Positions 1 to 10,192 of a DNA stretch of 64,000 bases are shown here, piece by piece. Source of the DNA: an uncultured Calditrichaceae bacterium (GTDB lineage Bacteria; Calditrichota; Calditrichia; Calditrichales; J004). Below the pieces are notes generated by a model. That model made no database searches, was not told where the DNA came from, and saw nothing but the letters and a program-made list of their open reading frames with translations. The translations under genes and the position numbers were made by a program. The stretch covers positions 29,305 through 93,304 of the forward strand of contig CAYWBI010000002.1 in assembly GCA_964456445.1 (NCBI GenBank), written 5' to 3'. Numbering within the stretch: the first letter of the stretch is position 1; every line of letters starts with the position of its first letter.

Positions 1-1011
1 ATCCAGATGCCCGGCAAGGGCAAATAAGGTGTGTACGGCACGGATGGCCTGTATTCCGCTATTGGAATATTCCAGCCCCGTGTACATAACCGGAGCGGCG
101 CCCGTGGCATTACAGATGCGCCGGGCGAGATCACGGATTTTATCCGCCGGGACACCGGTGATTTTTTCGGCGATTTCCGGGCGGAAGTGTTGGGTATATG
201 TAATCAGTTGATCAAATCCATGCGTCCAGTTTTCCGCGAAATCATCATCATAGAGTTCTTCATCGATCATAACCTCAATCAGGCTCAGAGCAAGCGCGCC
301 ATCTGTACCAGGACGTATGGAAACCCACTCGGCGCCGGTGCGGGTGGCTGTTTCCGTGTGGCGGGGATCGATGACCACAATATCACAACCGCGTTTAGCC
401 GCGGCTTCCAAACGGTACATGTCCAGCGGCGGAGAGTCGGTAGCCGGATTGGCGCCCCATACCACCAGCATCTCGGCATTTTCCATATCGGTGAACATAT
501 TGACCAGCATGCGTCCCATTGTAACGTCCGGCGCAATCATGGCAAAGGAGACATAACACAGGGCGCCCACGCCCATGGTATTGGGCGAACCGAAGGGAAA
601 CAAAACATTGGAAGCGGAAGAAACCGCCACGCCCTTTGGTTGGAACATATCGCACAGGGATAGCTCAAAAGAACCACGACCGGTATAAATGGAAACCGCC
701 TCGGGGCCGGATTCGGCCTTTATCTTGTTCAGATTTTCAACGATTATATCATAGGCCTCATCCCAGGTGATGCGTTCAAATTCATGGCTGCCCTTGGGGC
801 CGACGCGCTTCATGGGATATTTCAAGCGGTTTTCGGAATAGATCATTTCCGGCGCATGTTCGCCCCGGCGGCAAATCATCCCCAATTGATGGCTTTTATC
901 CGCACGGATATCGACCATTTTACCATCCTTCATTCCCGCTTCAATCCAGCAACCGGCGGGACAGATACCACAAATCCCCTTTTCCCATTGAATATTTTTT
1001 TCTAAAAACAT
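1..1011 (-). CDS. Molybdopterin (bis-MGD, MopB superfamily) oxidoreductase catalytic subunit, N-terminal 337 codons. The 3' end lies beyond the left edge of the window.
   Basis: Absent from the ORF track because it has no stop inside the window. My translation of the minus strand from ATG at 1011..1009 reads MFLEKNIQWEKGICGICPAGCWIEAGMKDGKMVDIRADKSHQLGMICRRGEHAPEMIYSENRLKYPMKRVG...MLVVWGANPATDSPP...CDIVVIDPRHTETA. The frame stays open to position 1. It has an N-terminal C-x2-C-x3-C...C Fe-S motif. I saw no twin-arginine signal. The substrate cannot be assigned. Confidence 0.85.
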   Translation of the reverse strand, partial: MFLEKNIQWEKGICGICPAGCWIEAGMKDGKMVDIRADKSHQLGMICRRGEHAPEMIYSENRLKYPMKRVGPKGSHEFERITWDEAYDIIVENLNKIKAESGPEAVSIYTGRGSFELSLCDMFQPKGVAVSSASNVLFPFGSPNTMGVGALCYVSFAMIAPDVTMGRMLVNMFTDMENAEMLVVWGANPATDSPPLDMYRLEAAAKRGCDIVVIDPRHTETATRTGAEWVSIRPGTDGALALSLIEVMIDEELYDDDFAENWTHGFDQLITYTQHFRPEIAEKITGVPADKIRDLARRICNATGAAPVMYTGLEYSNSGIQAIRAVHTLFALAGHLD

Positions 1012-1161
1012 TCTCGCCTCAAATAACACATTTTATAAAATTTAGCGCTGCAATTTAAAGATAGCCATAGCGGGAATTAATTGCCAAGAAAAGTGGGGGA
1101 CAATTCGATGCGGTTTATAATTGCTTAGTTAGTAATATTACTGCGCGAGGCGCTGTTTACT

Positions 1162-2205
1162 TTACCTTGAATTTTCAATATCGTCGTTGCACCACCTGGC
1201 CAGCACTTCCACCCATGCGGGATGTGTATTTAGACAAGGTATTAATTCAAAGGACTCACCGCCTGCAGCAAGAAATGCGTTTTTCCCTTGTATGCCAATC
1301 TCCTCTAATGTTTCCAAACAGTCCGTTACGAACGACGGGCAGGCCACCAAAAGTTTCTTTACGCCCTGATCCGCCAGACGCAATATCGTATCGGCGCTGG
1401 CAGGCTGCAACCAACTATCCAGGCCGATGCGCGACTGGAAGCATAAAGTAAACCGATCCGGAGCAAGACCGGCACGTTTGGCAAGTAATTGTGTTGTGCG
1501 ATAAGTTTGATGGCGATAACACGTTTTATGAGCAACTGAAGAAGTTGAACAACAATTCTTTTTTTTTAGACAATGCTTCCCGGTGGAATCACTTTTTAGA
1601 ATATGGCGTTTGGGCAACCCATGATAACTAAATAGTATATGGTCAAATGGTTGATCAAAATAGGGTTTCATGCTAAGGTACAGTGCTTCAATGTATTGAT
1701 TGTCATCATAAAAAGGCGGTTGAACTTTCAGCTTAATGGAATAACCCTTTCTGGCTAAATGTCCTTCCACTGTGTTTATTACAGTTTGGGTTGTGGCCAT
1801 TGCGTAGTGTGGGTACAAGGGCAACAGGAAAAGTTCCGCTGCCTGAGGATATCTTTCGGCCAGCTCATCGATAACCTGTGGAATAGACCGGTTGCCATAG
1901 CGCATGGCCAGCGCCACCGGATGCTCAGTCCTGGTTGACAGCCCCGCGGTCAACCTTTCGCTAAGCACAACAAGCGGCGAACCCTCCTCCAACCATATTT
2001 TTTTGTAGGCTTCTGCTGATATTTTTGGTCGAAACGGTAAGACAAGGCACTCTACAATAAATTTACGGATCATATATGGTGCGTCAATAACAAATTTATC
2101 CATTAAAAACTGGCGCAAGTATTTACGAACGTCACTTAGACTGGTAGATTTTGGCGAACCGAGGTTAACGAGTAAAATGATTCGACTGTCAGAATTACCG
2201 TCCAT
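1162..2205 (-). CDS. hemH: Ferrochelatase
   Basis: The ORF 1162..2214 translation is ferrochelatase-like (IILLVNLGSP, LPLYPHYA, FSYHGLP, SWLQP). The track start at 2214 is TTG and overlaps the hemL stop by 4 nt. The first ATG is at 2205 (MDGNSDSR...). Either start is possible. Confidence 0.9.
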   Translation of the reverse strand: MDGNSDSRIILLVNLGSPKSTSLSDVRKYLRQFLMDKFVIDAPYMIRKFIVECLVLPFRPKISAEAYKKIWLEEGSPLVVLSERLTAGLSTRTEHPVALAMRYGNRSIPQVIDELAERYPQAAELFLLPLYPHYAMATTQTVINTVEGHLARKGYSIKLKVQPPFYDDNQYIEALYLSMKPYFDQPFDHILFSYHGLPKRHILKSDSTGKHCLKKKNCCSTSSVAHKTCYRHQTYRTTQLLAKRAGLAPDRFTLCFQSRIGLDSWLQPASADTILRLADQGVKKLLVACPSFVTDCLETLEEIGIQGKNAFLAAGGESFELIPCLNTHPAWVEVLARWCNDDIENSR

Positions 2206-2210
2206 AAGCG

Positions 2211-3506
2211 TCAAACTTCTACTGCTTTTTTTAAAGCTTTAAAATGGGCATCAACGAAATATTCAATCACTTTCTCTCCATGAAGTATTGATAGGAAAAA
2301 AGCTTCAAACTGCGATGGTGCAACGTAAACCCCATTGTCAAGCAATGATTGAAAATAAACAGCATATTGCTTTGTATTGCATTCCTTGGCATCGTTATAG
2401 TTATAGACCGGTTTATGCGAGAAAAAAAAGCACCCCATCGAACCTATACGCGTCGTATAGTAGGCTACGTCCAAGCGCTTCATATTGTCCCTAATGCCCA
2501 ATTCAAGCTGTGCGGCATTTCTTTCCAGGGTTTCATAAAAACCAGGTTCATCAATTTGCCGCAGTGTTTCCAGACCTGCCCGCATCGCCAAAGGGTTTCC
2601 TGATAGCGTGCCTGCCTGATACACAGGCCCGATGGGGGCGACAAAGGACATAATCTCTTTTTTACCACCATAGGCCCCAACAGGCAAACCGCCTCCAATA
2701 ATTTTCCCAAGTGTTGTCAAATCCGGTGTTATACCGTATAAAGCCTGTGCCCCACCTTTTGCAACCCGGAACCCAGACATTACTTCGTCAAATATAAGGA
2801 TAATTTTTCGAGACGCTGTGAGTTCACGAAGATTTTGTAAAAAAATTTTATCTGCCGGAATAACTCCCATGTTTCCAGCTATAGGTTCTATAATAATTGC
2901 GGCAATTTCGCCATCATTGGCCATTAGCAGATTTTTCACAGATTCAATATTGTTATATTCTGCAATTAATGTATCCGCGGCTACGGCGGCAGGAATGCCC
3001 GGACTGTTAGGCACACCAAGTGTTGTGGCGCCGGAACCGGCTTCTATAAGAAAACTATCCCCATGGCCGTGATAGCACCCACTGAATTTGATTATTTTAT
3101 CACGCCCCGTATAGCCACGCGCCAGACGGATGGCGCTCATGGTGGCTTCCGTTCCGGAATTTACCATACGTATCATTTCTACCGATGGTACCATTTTTAT
3201 AATCAGCCGGGCCAGTTCAATCTCAGTCTCGACACAGGCGCCAAAACTCGTACCAAGATCCACTGTTTTTTTTAACGCTTCTACCACACGTGGATGACCG
3301 TAACCCAGGATCATGGGTCCCCAGGAACCGACGCAATCCAGATAACGATTACCATCCACATCATAAAGCCATGGGCCTTCACCCTTTTCAAAAAATATAG
3401 GTTGCCCTCCAACCGCGTTAAATGCTCGTACGGGTGAGTTTACACCACCGGGAATCATGCTTTGCGCTTGCTTAAATAATTCCCGGCTTTTGCTTATAGT
3501 CAACAT
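2211..3506 (-). CDS. hemL: Glutamate-1-semialdehyde 2,1-aminomutase
   Basis: 431 aa. The N-terminus ...AQSMIPGGVNSPVRAF and the overall class-III aminotransferase pattern are typical of HemL. It sits inside the heme operon. Confidence 0.95.
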   Translation of the reverse strand: MLTISKSRELFKQAQSMIPGGVNSPVRAFNAVGGQPIFFEKGEGPWLYDVDGNRYLDCVGSWGPMILGYGHPRVVEALKKTVDLGTSFGACVETEIELARLIIKMVPSVEMIRMVNSGTEATMSAIRLARGYTGRDKIIKFSGCYHGHGDSFLIEAGSGATTLGVPNSPGIPAAVAADTLIAEYNNIESVKNLLMANDGEIAAIIIEPIAGNMGVIPADKIFLQNLRELTASRKIILIFDEVMSGFRVAKGGAQALYGITPDLTTLGKIIGGGLPVGAYGGKKEIMSFVAPIGPVYQAGTLSGNPLAMRAGLETLRQIDEPGFYETLERNAAQLELGIRDNMKRLDVAYYTTRIGSMGCFFFSHKPVYNYNDAKECNTKQYAVYFQSLLDNGVYVAPSQFEAFFLSILHGEKVIEYFVDAHFKALKKAVEV

Positions 3507-3539
3507 ACTACTTCTCTCTAAAACAGAAATGGGCTGATT

Positions 3540-4520
3540 TTATTCAGCTTGACGTAATTTTTTTGCCGCTTCAATGGCGAAATAGGTTAATATTAGATTC
3601 GCGCCTGCTCGTTTAATAGAGATAAGCGATTCCATCATAACCCGATCGTGATCCAGCCAGCCGTTCGTTGCTGCGGCTTTTATCATTGCGAATTCGCCGG
3701 AGACTTGATAGGCCGCCGTGGGCATGCCAAATTCTTCCTTTACCCGGTACAAAATATCCAGATACGGCAAGGCAGGTTTTACCATAATCAAATCAGCGCC
3801 TTCTTCAATGTCTATTGCTGCTTCGCGCATAGCTTCCTGGGCATTTGCCGGATCCATTTGATAGCTGTTGCGATCGCCAAACTGAGGTGCGGATTCTGCT
3901 GCATCCCGGAAAGGCCCATAGAAGCCGGAAGCATATTTTACGGCGTAGCTCATAATAGGCATTTGGGTAAAGCCTGCCTGATCAAGCGCTTCACGTATTG
4001 CGCCAACCATACCATCCATCATCCCCGAAGGGGCTACCATATCCGCGCCATTACGCGCGTGTACGCGTACCTGATCCTGTAACATCGCCAATGTACCGTC
4101 ATTGTCAACATCATTGTCTTTTAAAAGACCGCAATGTCCGTGATCGGTGTACTCACAAAAACAAACATCGGTTATAACAAACAGCTCGGGAAGAGAGTCC
4201 TTTAAAGCACGTATGGCCAGGCTTATAATTCCGTCATCACTCGTTGCGTCACTGCCCATGGCGTCCTTATGCTCAGGAATGCCAAAAAGAATAACGGATT
4301 TTATGCCCAGGTCCAAGGCGTGTTTCGCTTCCTTAACCAATTCATCGATAGAAAGCTGAAAATGTCCCGGCATACTTTTTATCGGATTTCGGACGCCTTT
4401 GCCAGGTACAACAAAAAGTGGCAATATAAAATCATCCGTGCTTAAAGTTGTTTCACGGACCATATCCCTGATTGAAGAATTTGCGCGTAAACGGCGCATA
4501 CGAAAAAAAGGAGTGTACAT
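3540..4520 (-). CDS. hemB: Porphobilinogen synthase (ALA dehydratase), cysteine-rich Zn-type metal site
   Basis: 326 aa. RMRRLR near the N-terminus, [14 protein letters not shown] (a C-x-C-x7-C zinc site) and the active-site region VKPALPYLD. Confidence 0.95.
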   Translation of the reverse strand: MYTPFFRMRRLRANSSIRDMVRETTLSTDDFILPLFVVPGKGVRNPIKSMPGHFQLSIDELVKEAKHALDLGIKSVILFGIPEHKDAMGSDATSDDGIISLAIRALKDSLPELFVITDVCFCEYTDHGHCGLLKDNDVDNDGTLAMLQDQVRVHARNGADMVAPSGMMDGMVGAIREALDQAGFTQMPIMSYAVKYASGFYGPFRDAAESAPQFGDRNSYQMDPANAQEAMREAAIDIEEGADLIMVKPALPYLDILYRVKEEFGMPTAAYQVSGEFAMIKAAATNGWLDHDRVMMESLISIKRAGANLILTYFAIEAAKKLRQAE

Positions 4521-4548
4521 TTCTAACCTTTCGTTTTGTAAATAGTTA

Positions 4549-5991
4549 TTAATTTAAAGTATGTCTTAATTTTTGATCCATTTTTTCACTAATTTGGAAA
4601 GAATTTTTTATACAATCAGCAACAGATATTCCAGCGCGAAAATTCCCGCCGATGACGATATGTGGGTTTTCACGCTCAAACTGATCGATTATGGACAATG
4701 TTTTTCCGTACCCGGGTACGTATTGAGGAATGGCCATCGGCCACTTTTTTACAAAGGACAATGTTGGTTCGTTTCTGATACCCATTATTTCTGAAAGCTC
4801 CCTGCGTACCAAATCCACGAGTTCTTCCGATGTTAAACTTGTAAGATCCGGTTGACGCCTGCCGCCAACAAAGGTTGTCAAGGCCATCCCATTTGCCACC
4901 GACCGACCGCTAAAAATTGATGAACTCCATAATGTGCCCAAAATTTTCCTTTTTTCTTTTGCGGGTACAAGAAAGCCAAAACCATCCTGAGGCACATCCT
5001 TATCAACCCTATCGTACCCAAGAAAAACCATGCTGACCGGCGGGTAATATATGGAACGAAGCGAATTCAGAAACTCTTCCCCCATATCCAACGGAAGAGT
5101 TTCATAGGCCTGGGCCGGGACGGTAAGTAATATTTGTTTAGCGGAAAGATTGTATTTTTGTTTGCCAAGATAGTAACAAATACTTGCGCCTCGTTCATCC
5201 GCACGTATTTCTGTAATATTTGCCGATAAGCGGACGTCATCCTGGAGATAATTTTGCACAGCGCCGGTCAACATTGCCAGGCCATCTGTAAAACTTAACA
5301 TCCTGGCCTGGTTTTTGGATATTTCTTTAGATTTGCGGCGTTCACGCGCACCGCGTACGGCACCACGAATAAGGCCCCCATATTTTAATTCCAACTGTTT
5401 AAGTTTAGGGAAGCCATAAACAACGCTCAAATGTTCAGGAGCCCCCGCATATACACCGGCAACAAATGGGTTTATGGCATAATCCAAAAACTCCTTTCCA
5501 AGTCGGCGTATCACGAAATCTGCCAGGCTTTCATCCTTGTTACCCATGTAAGATGGAATAAAAGGTTCACGCATCAGCCGCAATTTGGCTTTTCCCGAAA
5601 ACAATTTACTTTTAAAAAAAGAAACCGGCGACGTAGGTAAGGCATGCAATGCTCCCTCACGCAAAATGTAGCGCCGGTTTGCCGTTTTATCGGCATAAAT
5701 CACCTGATTGTCAAGACCGAGCATATTGATAAGCCGATGAATAGCCGGCGTTGTATCCAAAATACTATTCGGTCCGTATTCTATTATAAAGCCATCTTTT
5801 TTCTCGGTGCGGATATTCCCACCGGTCCGATTGGCTTTATCGAGCAGCATGACGGTATAGCCTTTTTTCTTTAGAAAACAAGCGGCACTTAGACCCGATA
5901 TGCCGGCGCCCACAATTAATACATCCACATCGACATGCGTTTTTTGTTGAACCACAGTATTCATATTTCTCAAAATTTTATCTTCCATCAT
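4549..5991 (-). CDS. hemY: FAD-dependent protoporphyrinogen/coproporphyrinogen oxidase (HemY family)
   Basis: 480 aa with an N-terminal dinucleotide fold, [11 protein letters not shown]. Length and overall pattern fit the HemY/PPOX family. Its ATG (5991) overlaps the hemN stop as ATGA. Substrate (proto- versus coproporphyrinogen) cannot be decided by eye. Confidence 0.85.
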   Translation of the reverse strand: MMEDKILRNMNTVVQQKTHVDVDVLIVGAGISGLSAACFLKKKGYTVMLLDKANRTGGNIRTEKKDGFIIEYGPNSILDTTPAIHRLINMLGLDNQVIYADKTANRRYILREGALHALPTSPVSFFKSKLFSGKAKLRLMREPFIPSYMGNKDESLADFVIRRLGKEFLDYAINPFVAGVYAGAPEHLSVVYGFPKLKQLELKYGGLIRGAVRGARERRKSKEISKNQARMLSFTDGLAMLTGAVQNYLQDDVRLSANITEIRADERGASICYYLGKQKYNLSAKQILLTVPAQAYETLPLDMGEEFLNSLRSIYYPPVSMVFLGYDRVDKDVPQDGFGFLVPAKEKRKILGTLWSSSIFSGRSVANGMALTTFVGGRRQPDLTSLTSEELVDLVRRELSEIMGIRNEPTLSFVKKWPMAIPQYVPGYGKTLSIIDQFERENPHIVIGGNFRAGISVADCIKNSFQISEKMDQKLRHTLN

Positions 5992-7382
5992 ACCGTCCTT
6001 GAATATGTTGGAGTCGGTTTTTGTAAATCAGCCTTTAGGTAAGCATCAAAGACCATTGCTATATTACGAACAACCAATCTTCCCTCATTTGGAACTTCAA
6101 TCTTTTCAGTGGAAACTTCCACCAATCCATCATCAATAAAAACATCAAGATCGGGCATTATCCCATTGAAATGGTCATCAAAGCTGATCTTAAACCGACG
6201 TTCAACTTCCGTCTTTACAATCCTATTATTACACATGATTTCGTTTATGACATACCTCCGGAGTTGATCTTCCGCTGTAAGCTTTACACCAAGATGGGTA
6301 GCGGGTAAGCCTGCATCAATACGCTGTTCATATTCTTTTACGGATTTCAGGTTTTGGGCATAGGCACTTTCCAACTGACTTATTGAAGACATTCCAAGGG
6401 CATATATTTCCGTATTTGCACGTGTACTGTAACCTTGAAAATTGCGGTAAAGTGTGCGGTTGGCCATCGCAAGCGAGAGTTCATCATCCGGACGTGCAAA
6501 ATGATCCATACCAATATATACATAACCTGCACCGGTTAGGCGTTCGATCACATGCTTCAGTATATTAAGACGTTCTGATGTGCCGGGCATGACATCATTC
6601 GGCAAAACAGCCTGATGTTTTTTAAGCCAGGGAACGTGCGCATAATTAAATACAGCGAGACGGTCCGGTGAAAAAGATAAGACTTTGTCAAGCGTATCTT
6701 TATAAGACGTTATTGTTTGATGTGGTAAACCGTACATCAAATCTACATTTATAGAGTCAAAACTCAGACGCCTGCTTTCTTCAATAACAAAGGCATTTTG
6801 TTCATAAGTCTGAATACGATTGACCTCCTTTTGTACCAAAGGATTAAAATCCTGTAATCCAAAACTTACCCGGTTAAATCCTAGCTCCTTAAGGATGGAT
6901 AGTCTGTTATCGCCTACGGTACGCGGATCAATTTCGATGCTGATTTCTGCATCTTCAGAAAAATTAAAATGCCCGTTGATATGATTATAAATGTCACGCA
7001 ATTGGTCCGGTGTTAAGTACGTTGGGGTCCCTCCCCCCCAATGCATCTGAACGACCTTTCTATCCGGGTGGATATATGACCCAATCAGTTCAATTTCGCG
7101 CTTCAAGCGATCCAAATAACGCTCCACCCGTACCGGGTTATGTGTTACGATCATATTACAGGCACAAAAGAAGCAAAGCTCGTGACAAAAAGGAAAGTGG
7201 AAATATAGTGAAATATCCGTCATTTTATCACCCGTATTTGATGATTTTATTTCCCGGATAAACGATTGTTCATTAAAATCTGAATTAAAATGGACCGCTG
7301 TTGGATAACTTGTATAGCGAGGCCCCGGTTGATTGTATTTTTCCAGGACATTTAAATCTACTTGAAAGACTTGTTTATTCAT
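5988..7382 (-). CDS. hemN: Oxygen-independent coproporphyrinogen III oxidase (radical SAM)
   Basis: 464 aa. PRYTSYPTA, the radical-SAM cysteine triad CHELCFFCAC (CxxxCxxC) and GGGTPTYL. The full-length HemN-type N-terminus argues against the shorter HemW type. Confidence 0.9.
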   Translation of the reverse strand: MNKQVFQVDLNVLEKYNQPGPRYTSYPTAVHFNSDFNEQSFIREIKSSNTGDKMTDISLYFHFPFCHELCFFCACNMIVTHNPVRVERYLDRLKREIELIGSYIHPDRKVVQMHWGGGTPTYLTPDQLRDIYNHINGHFNFSEDAEISIEIDPRTVGDNRLSILKELGFNRVSFGLQDFNPLVQKEVNRIQTYEQNAFVIEESRRLSFDSINVDLMYGLPHQTITSYKDTLDKVLSFSPDRLAVFNYAHVPWLKKHQAVLPNDVMPGTSERLNILKHVIERLTGAGYVYIGMDHFARPDDELSLAMANRTLYRNFQGYSTRANTEIYALGMSSISQLESAYAQNLKSVKEYEQRIDAGLPATHLGVKLTAEDQLRRYVINEIMCNNRIVKTEVERRFKISFDDHFNGIMPDLDVFIDDGLVEVSTEKIEVPNEGRLVVRNIAMVFDAYLKADLQKPTPTYSRTV

Positions 7383-7391
7383 ATTTTTCCC

Positions 7392-8450
7392 CTAAACGCC
7401 CATGGCATTAGTCTTATGAAATTGTGCACTTTTATTTTTAACCGTATCTACAAATGCCGCAGCATGCTCAACAGGTATATCCGGTAGAATGCCATGACCA
7501 AGATTTGCAATATGCCCCCCAGCATCTCCAAATGCCTCTAACATTTTAAGAGTGTAATGTTGAATCTTGTCCGGTTGTGCATAAAGGGCAGTAGGATCAA
7601 GATTGCCCTGAAGTGCCACAGCATTTCCCACTATCGAACGGGCAACTGATGGCGCTATATTCCAATCCAATCCAATTACATCTGCATCTACCGAGAGTGT
7701 TTTTTCCAACCAGAGCATTCCACCTTTTGGAAAATATATTATTGGGACATTTGGGCGGCGGATCGACCGGATAAGCTTCCGAACATACTTTATGGCAAAC
7801 TGTTCATAACCATCCGCATCCAACAAACCTGCCCAGGAATCAAATATTTGAATTGCCTGCGCTCCAGCATCGATCTGTGCAGAGCAATAGTTTATAAGCG
7901 CATTGGTAATTCGGTTTAATAATTCATCCAACAAATCCGGTCTATTAAAACGCCATTCTTTAATAAAATTAAATTTTTTGGATGCAGCGCCTTCGATCAT
8001 ATAAGTTGCAAGGGTCCAGGGAGCGCCACAAAATCCAATAAGAGGAATTTCAGGCTTTAATGTTGCCTTAATTTGTTTAACTGCCTGGATCACAAAATCA
8101 AGATCGCTGTCGCTTTCTATTGCAGATAACCTTTTCAAATGGTCTTCATTCCGCACAGGATTAGAAAATACCGGTCCCCGGTTATCCAAAAAATTTAATT
8201 CCATACCCATCGCTTCTGGAACAACTAAAATATCCGAAAACAATATCGCCGCATCAACACCCAATAAATCAACCGGTAAAAGCGTAACCTCCGTGGCCAG
8301 ATCTGGTGTTTTATACATTGTCGAAAACGAGTTTTTTTTTCTTATTTCACGATATTGAGGTAAGTACCTCCCAGCTTGCCGCATAATCCATACAGGAGTT
8401 CGCTCTGTAGGCTGGTTTAGGCACGCACGAATAAATAGAGGGTCAGTCAT
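7392..8450 (-). CDS. hemE: Uroporphyrinogen decarboxylase
   Basis: 352 aa with the classic N-terminus PVWIMRQAGRYLPQYREIR. Confidence 0.95.
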   Translation of the reverse strand: MTDPLFIRACLNQPTERTPVWIMRQAGRYLPQYREIRKKNSFSTMYKTPDLATEVTLLPVDLLGVDAAILFSDILVVPEAMGMELNFLDNRGPVFSNPVRNEDHLKRLSAIESDSDLDFVIQAVKQIKATLKPEIPLIGFCGAPWTLATYMIEGAASKKFNFIKEWRFNRPDLLDELLNRITNALINYCSAQIDAGAQAIQIFDSWAGLLDADGYEQFAIKYVRKLIRSIRRPNVPIIYFPKGGMLWLEKTLSVDADVIGLDWNIAPSVARSIVGNAVALQGNLDPTALYAQPDKIQHYTLKMLEAFGDAGGHIANLGHGILPDIPVEHAAAFVDTVKNKSAQFHKTNAMGV

Positions 8451-9259
8451 TGTTTTACAAAAGCCTTTCGGTTAAGATTCAATCTCTGTTGACGTTTCAG
8501 TTCAAATTTAATAGCGGCAACCAGAGCCGCTGGTTTTGGAGTTTCAGGAATTATGGAAACAGGTTGTCCATCTTCCGTAATATGATTACTTGTTCTTATA
8601 CCGGCTGTTGCCAGGGGGACTGTTTTTAACAAATCTGAGAAACCCGATACTTGTTTAAAAAACTCATATATGCTGGGACTGCTCAAAAATATTAAATCAT
8701 AGCTTTTATCCTTTATATCCTGTATTTGGGCCATGTTTAAATTGACCGGTATAATCCCATATAAAGGCATCTGTTTAAGCTTTATGGTATCTGGCGTTTC
8801 AAGCGGCATGAGCCCTGGCGATTCAAAACTGGTAATATGATAAACTTTTTGAATTCCATCCTTCTGGCCTTGTTGGATTTTATATATTAATCCATCAAAA
8901 CTATTTGCTGTTTCGGTCCGGAAACAATTTGTAAAACCGGATTCGAAAGCCATTGAAGTTTTTTTACCTATCAACCCAATCAGAGGATTTACAGCCCCGT
9001 TTTTAAGCAAATTTTTTAACGCATTAATTTTTTGAAATGCCTTGACACCGTACGGACTACTAAAAACAAGCCAGTGTGTGTATGAAATTTCCCTGGCAAT
9101 TGTATCAATTTCATCGATACCGGGACAATAATAATTAGGAGTACCCATTTGCAATATATCCACTTTACATCCTGAATTTTTTAGCTCAATTGCAAATGCG
9201 CTTTCACCTTTCATTTGACTTGTGCAACAAAGAACACGGAGACCTTCTAAGCTTTCCAT
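8447..9259 (-). CDS. hemD: Uroporphyrinogen-III synthase (assigned mainly by position and size)
   Basis: 270 aa between hemC and hemE. Its stop overlaps the hemE start by 4 nt. The HemD family is poorly conserved, so the call rests on synteny and length. Confidence 0.7.
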   Translation of the reverse strand: MESLEGLRVLCCTSQMKGESAFAIELKNSGCKVDILQMGTPNYYCPGIDEIDTIAREISYTHWLVFSSPYGVKAFQKINALKNLLKNGAVNPLIGLIGKKTSMAFESGFTNCFRTETANSFDGLIYKIQQGQKDGIQKVYHITSFESPGLMPLETPDTIKLKQMPLYGIIPVNLNMAQIQDIKDKSYDLIFLSSPSIYEFFKQVSGFSDLLKTVPLATAGIRTSNHITEDGQPVSIIPETPKPAALVAAIKFELKRQQRLNLNRKAFVKQ

Positions 9260-9261
9260 AA

Positions 9262-10191
9262 TTAAGAGCCTCCCCTAATCATATTTAATATTTCGTTCGC
9301 TCCGGCTCTCATCAATCTCTCTGCTAGTTCAATCCCGATCCTGGCCGCGTCAGAAACATCGCCTTCAATCTTGTCCCGTAGAACCGTTTTCCCATCAGGG
9401 CTTCCAACAAACCCATGAAAAACAAGCCTTTGACCATCAATATTTGCCTTTGCCCCAACAGGTACCTGACAACCGCCATCAAGGGCATTTAAAAAAGAAC
9501 GTTCTGCTAAAGCCATCTGTCCGGCTTCAATATTATTTAAATGCTCCAATAAAGAAGTCGTTCTCTGGTCATTCTGCCTACAGACAATTGCCAAACTACC
9601 CTGCCCGACTCCCGGAAGCATGATATCAAAATCCAGTTTTTCACTTATATGTTTGCCCAAGTTCAATCTTTCAATCCCTGCGGCAGCAAGAATCATCGCA
9701 TCCCAGTTAGAATTATTAAACTTTCTAAACCTGGTTTGCAGGTTCCCACGAATATCTATAATATGCAAATCGGGCCGATACGCTAAAAGCTGAGATTGTC
9801 TCCTCAGGCTTCCCGTTGCAACTATGGCATTTTGTGGAAGTTCATCAAGTGTTTTATTCCCACGCGAGATCAAGGCGTCACGACAATCCCACCGTTTTGT
9901 AATTGATGCAATAATGAGTCCTGCAGGCAATTTGGTTGGTAAGTCCTTTAAGCTGTGTACTGCAAAATCAATTTTATTGTTAAGCAGACCATCGTCCAAT
10001 TCTTTGGTAAACAATCCCTTATCACCAATTTTTGCGAGCGGAACATCTAAAATATTATCACCCTGGGCTTTTAAAGTTACAATATCCATATCTATACCGG
10101 GTGATTCTTTTTTTATATTTTTAACGACCCAATTGGTTTGCCACAGAGCTAATTGACTGTCGCGTGAACCAATGATATATCTATCAGCCAT
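9262..10191 (-). CDS. hemC: Hydroxymethylbilane synthase (porphobilinogen deaminase)
   Basis: The translation is HemC-like (IIGSRDSQLALWQTNWV, ...TGSLRRQSQL, RGNLQTR, GGCQVP). The track start at 10221 would overlap hemA. The internal ATG at 10191 (MADRYIIGSR) has AGGAAG 8 nt upstream and lies 1 nt after the hemA stop, so I prefer 10191. Confidence 0.93.
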   Translation of the reverse strand: MADRYIIGSRDSQLALWQTNWVVKNIKKESPGIDMDIVTLKAQGDNILDVPLAKIGDKGLFTKELDDGLLNNKIDFAVHSLKDLPTKLPAGLIIASITKRWDCRDALISRGNKTLDELPQNAIVATGSLRRQSQLLAYRPDLHIIDIRGNLQTRFRKFNNSNWDAMILAAAGIERLNLGKHISEKLDFDIMLPGVGQGSLAIVCRQNDQRTTSLLEHLNNIEAGQMALAERSFLNALDGGCQVPVGAKANIDGQRLVFHGFVGSPDGKTVLRDKIEGDVSDAARIGIELAERLMRAGANEILNMIRGGS

Positions 10192-10192
10192 C

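Noticed and set aside
31-663. A 210-aa plus-strand ORF and several other 60-90-aa ORFs (29..211, 285..536, 317..556, 395..655, 784..1005) at the left edge.
   Set aside because: They are shadow ORFs. The minus-strand frame across 1..1011 gives an uninterrupted, clearly molybdopterin-oxidoreductase-like protein, while these translations are low-complexity or Arg/Gly-rich with no recognisable motifs.
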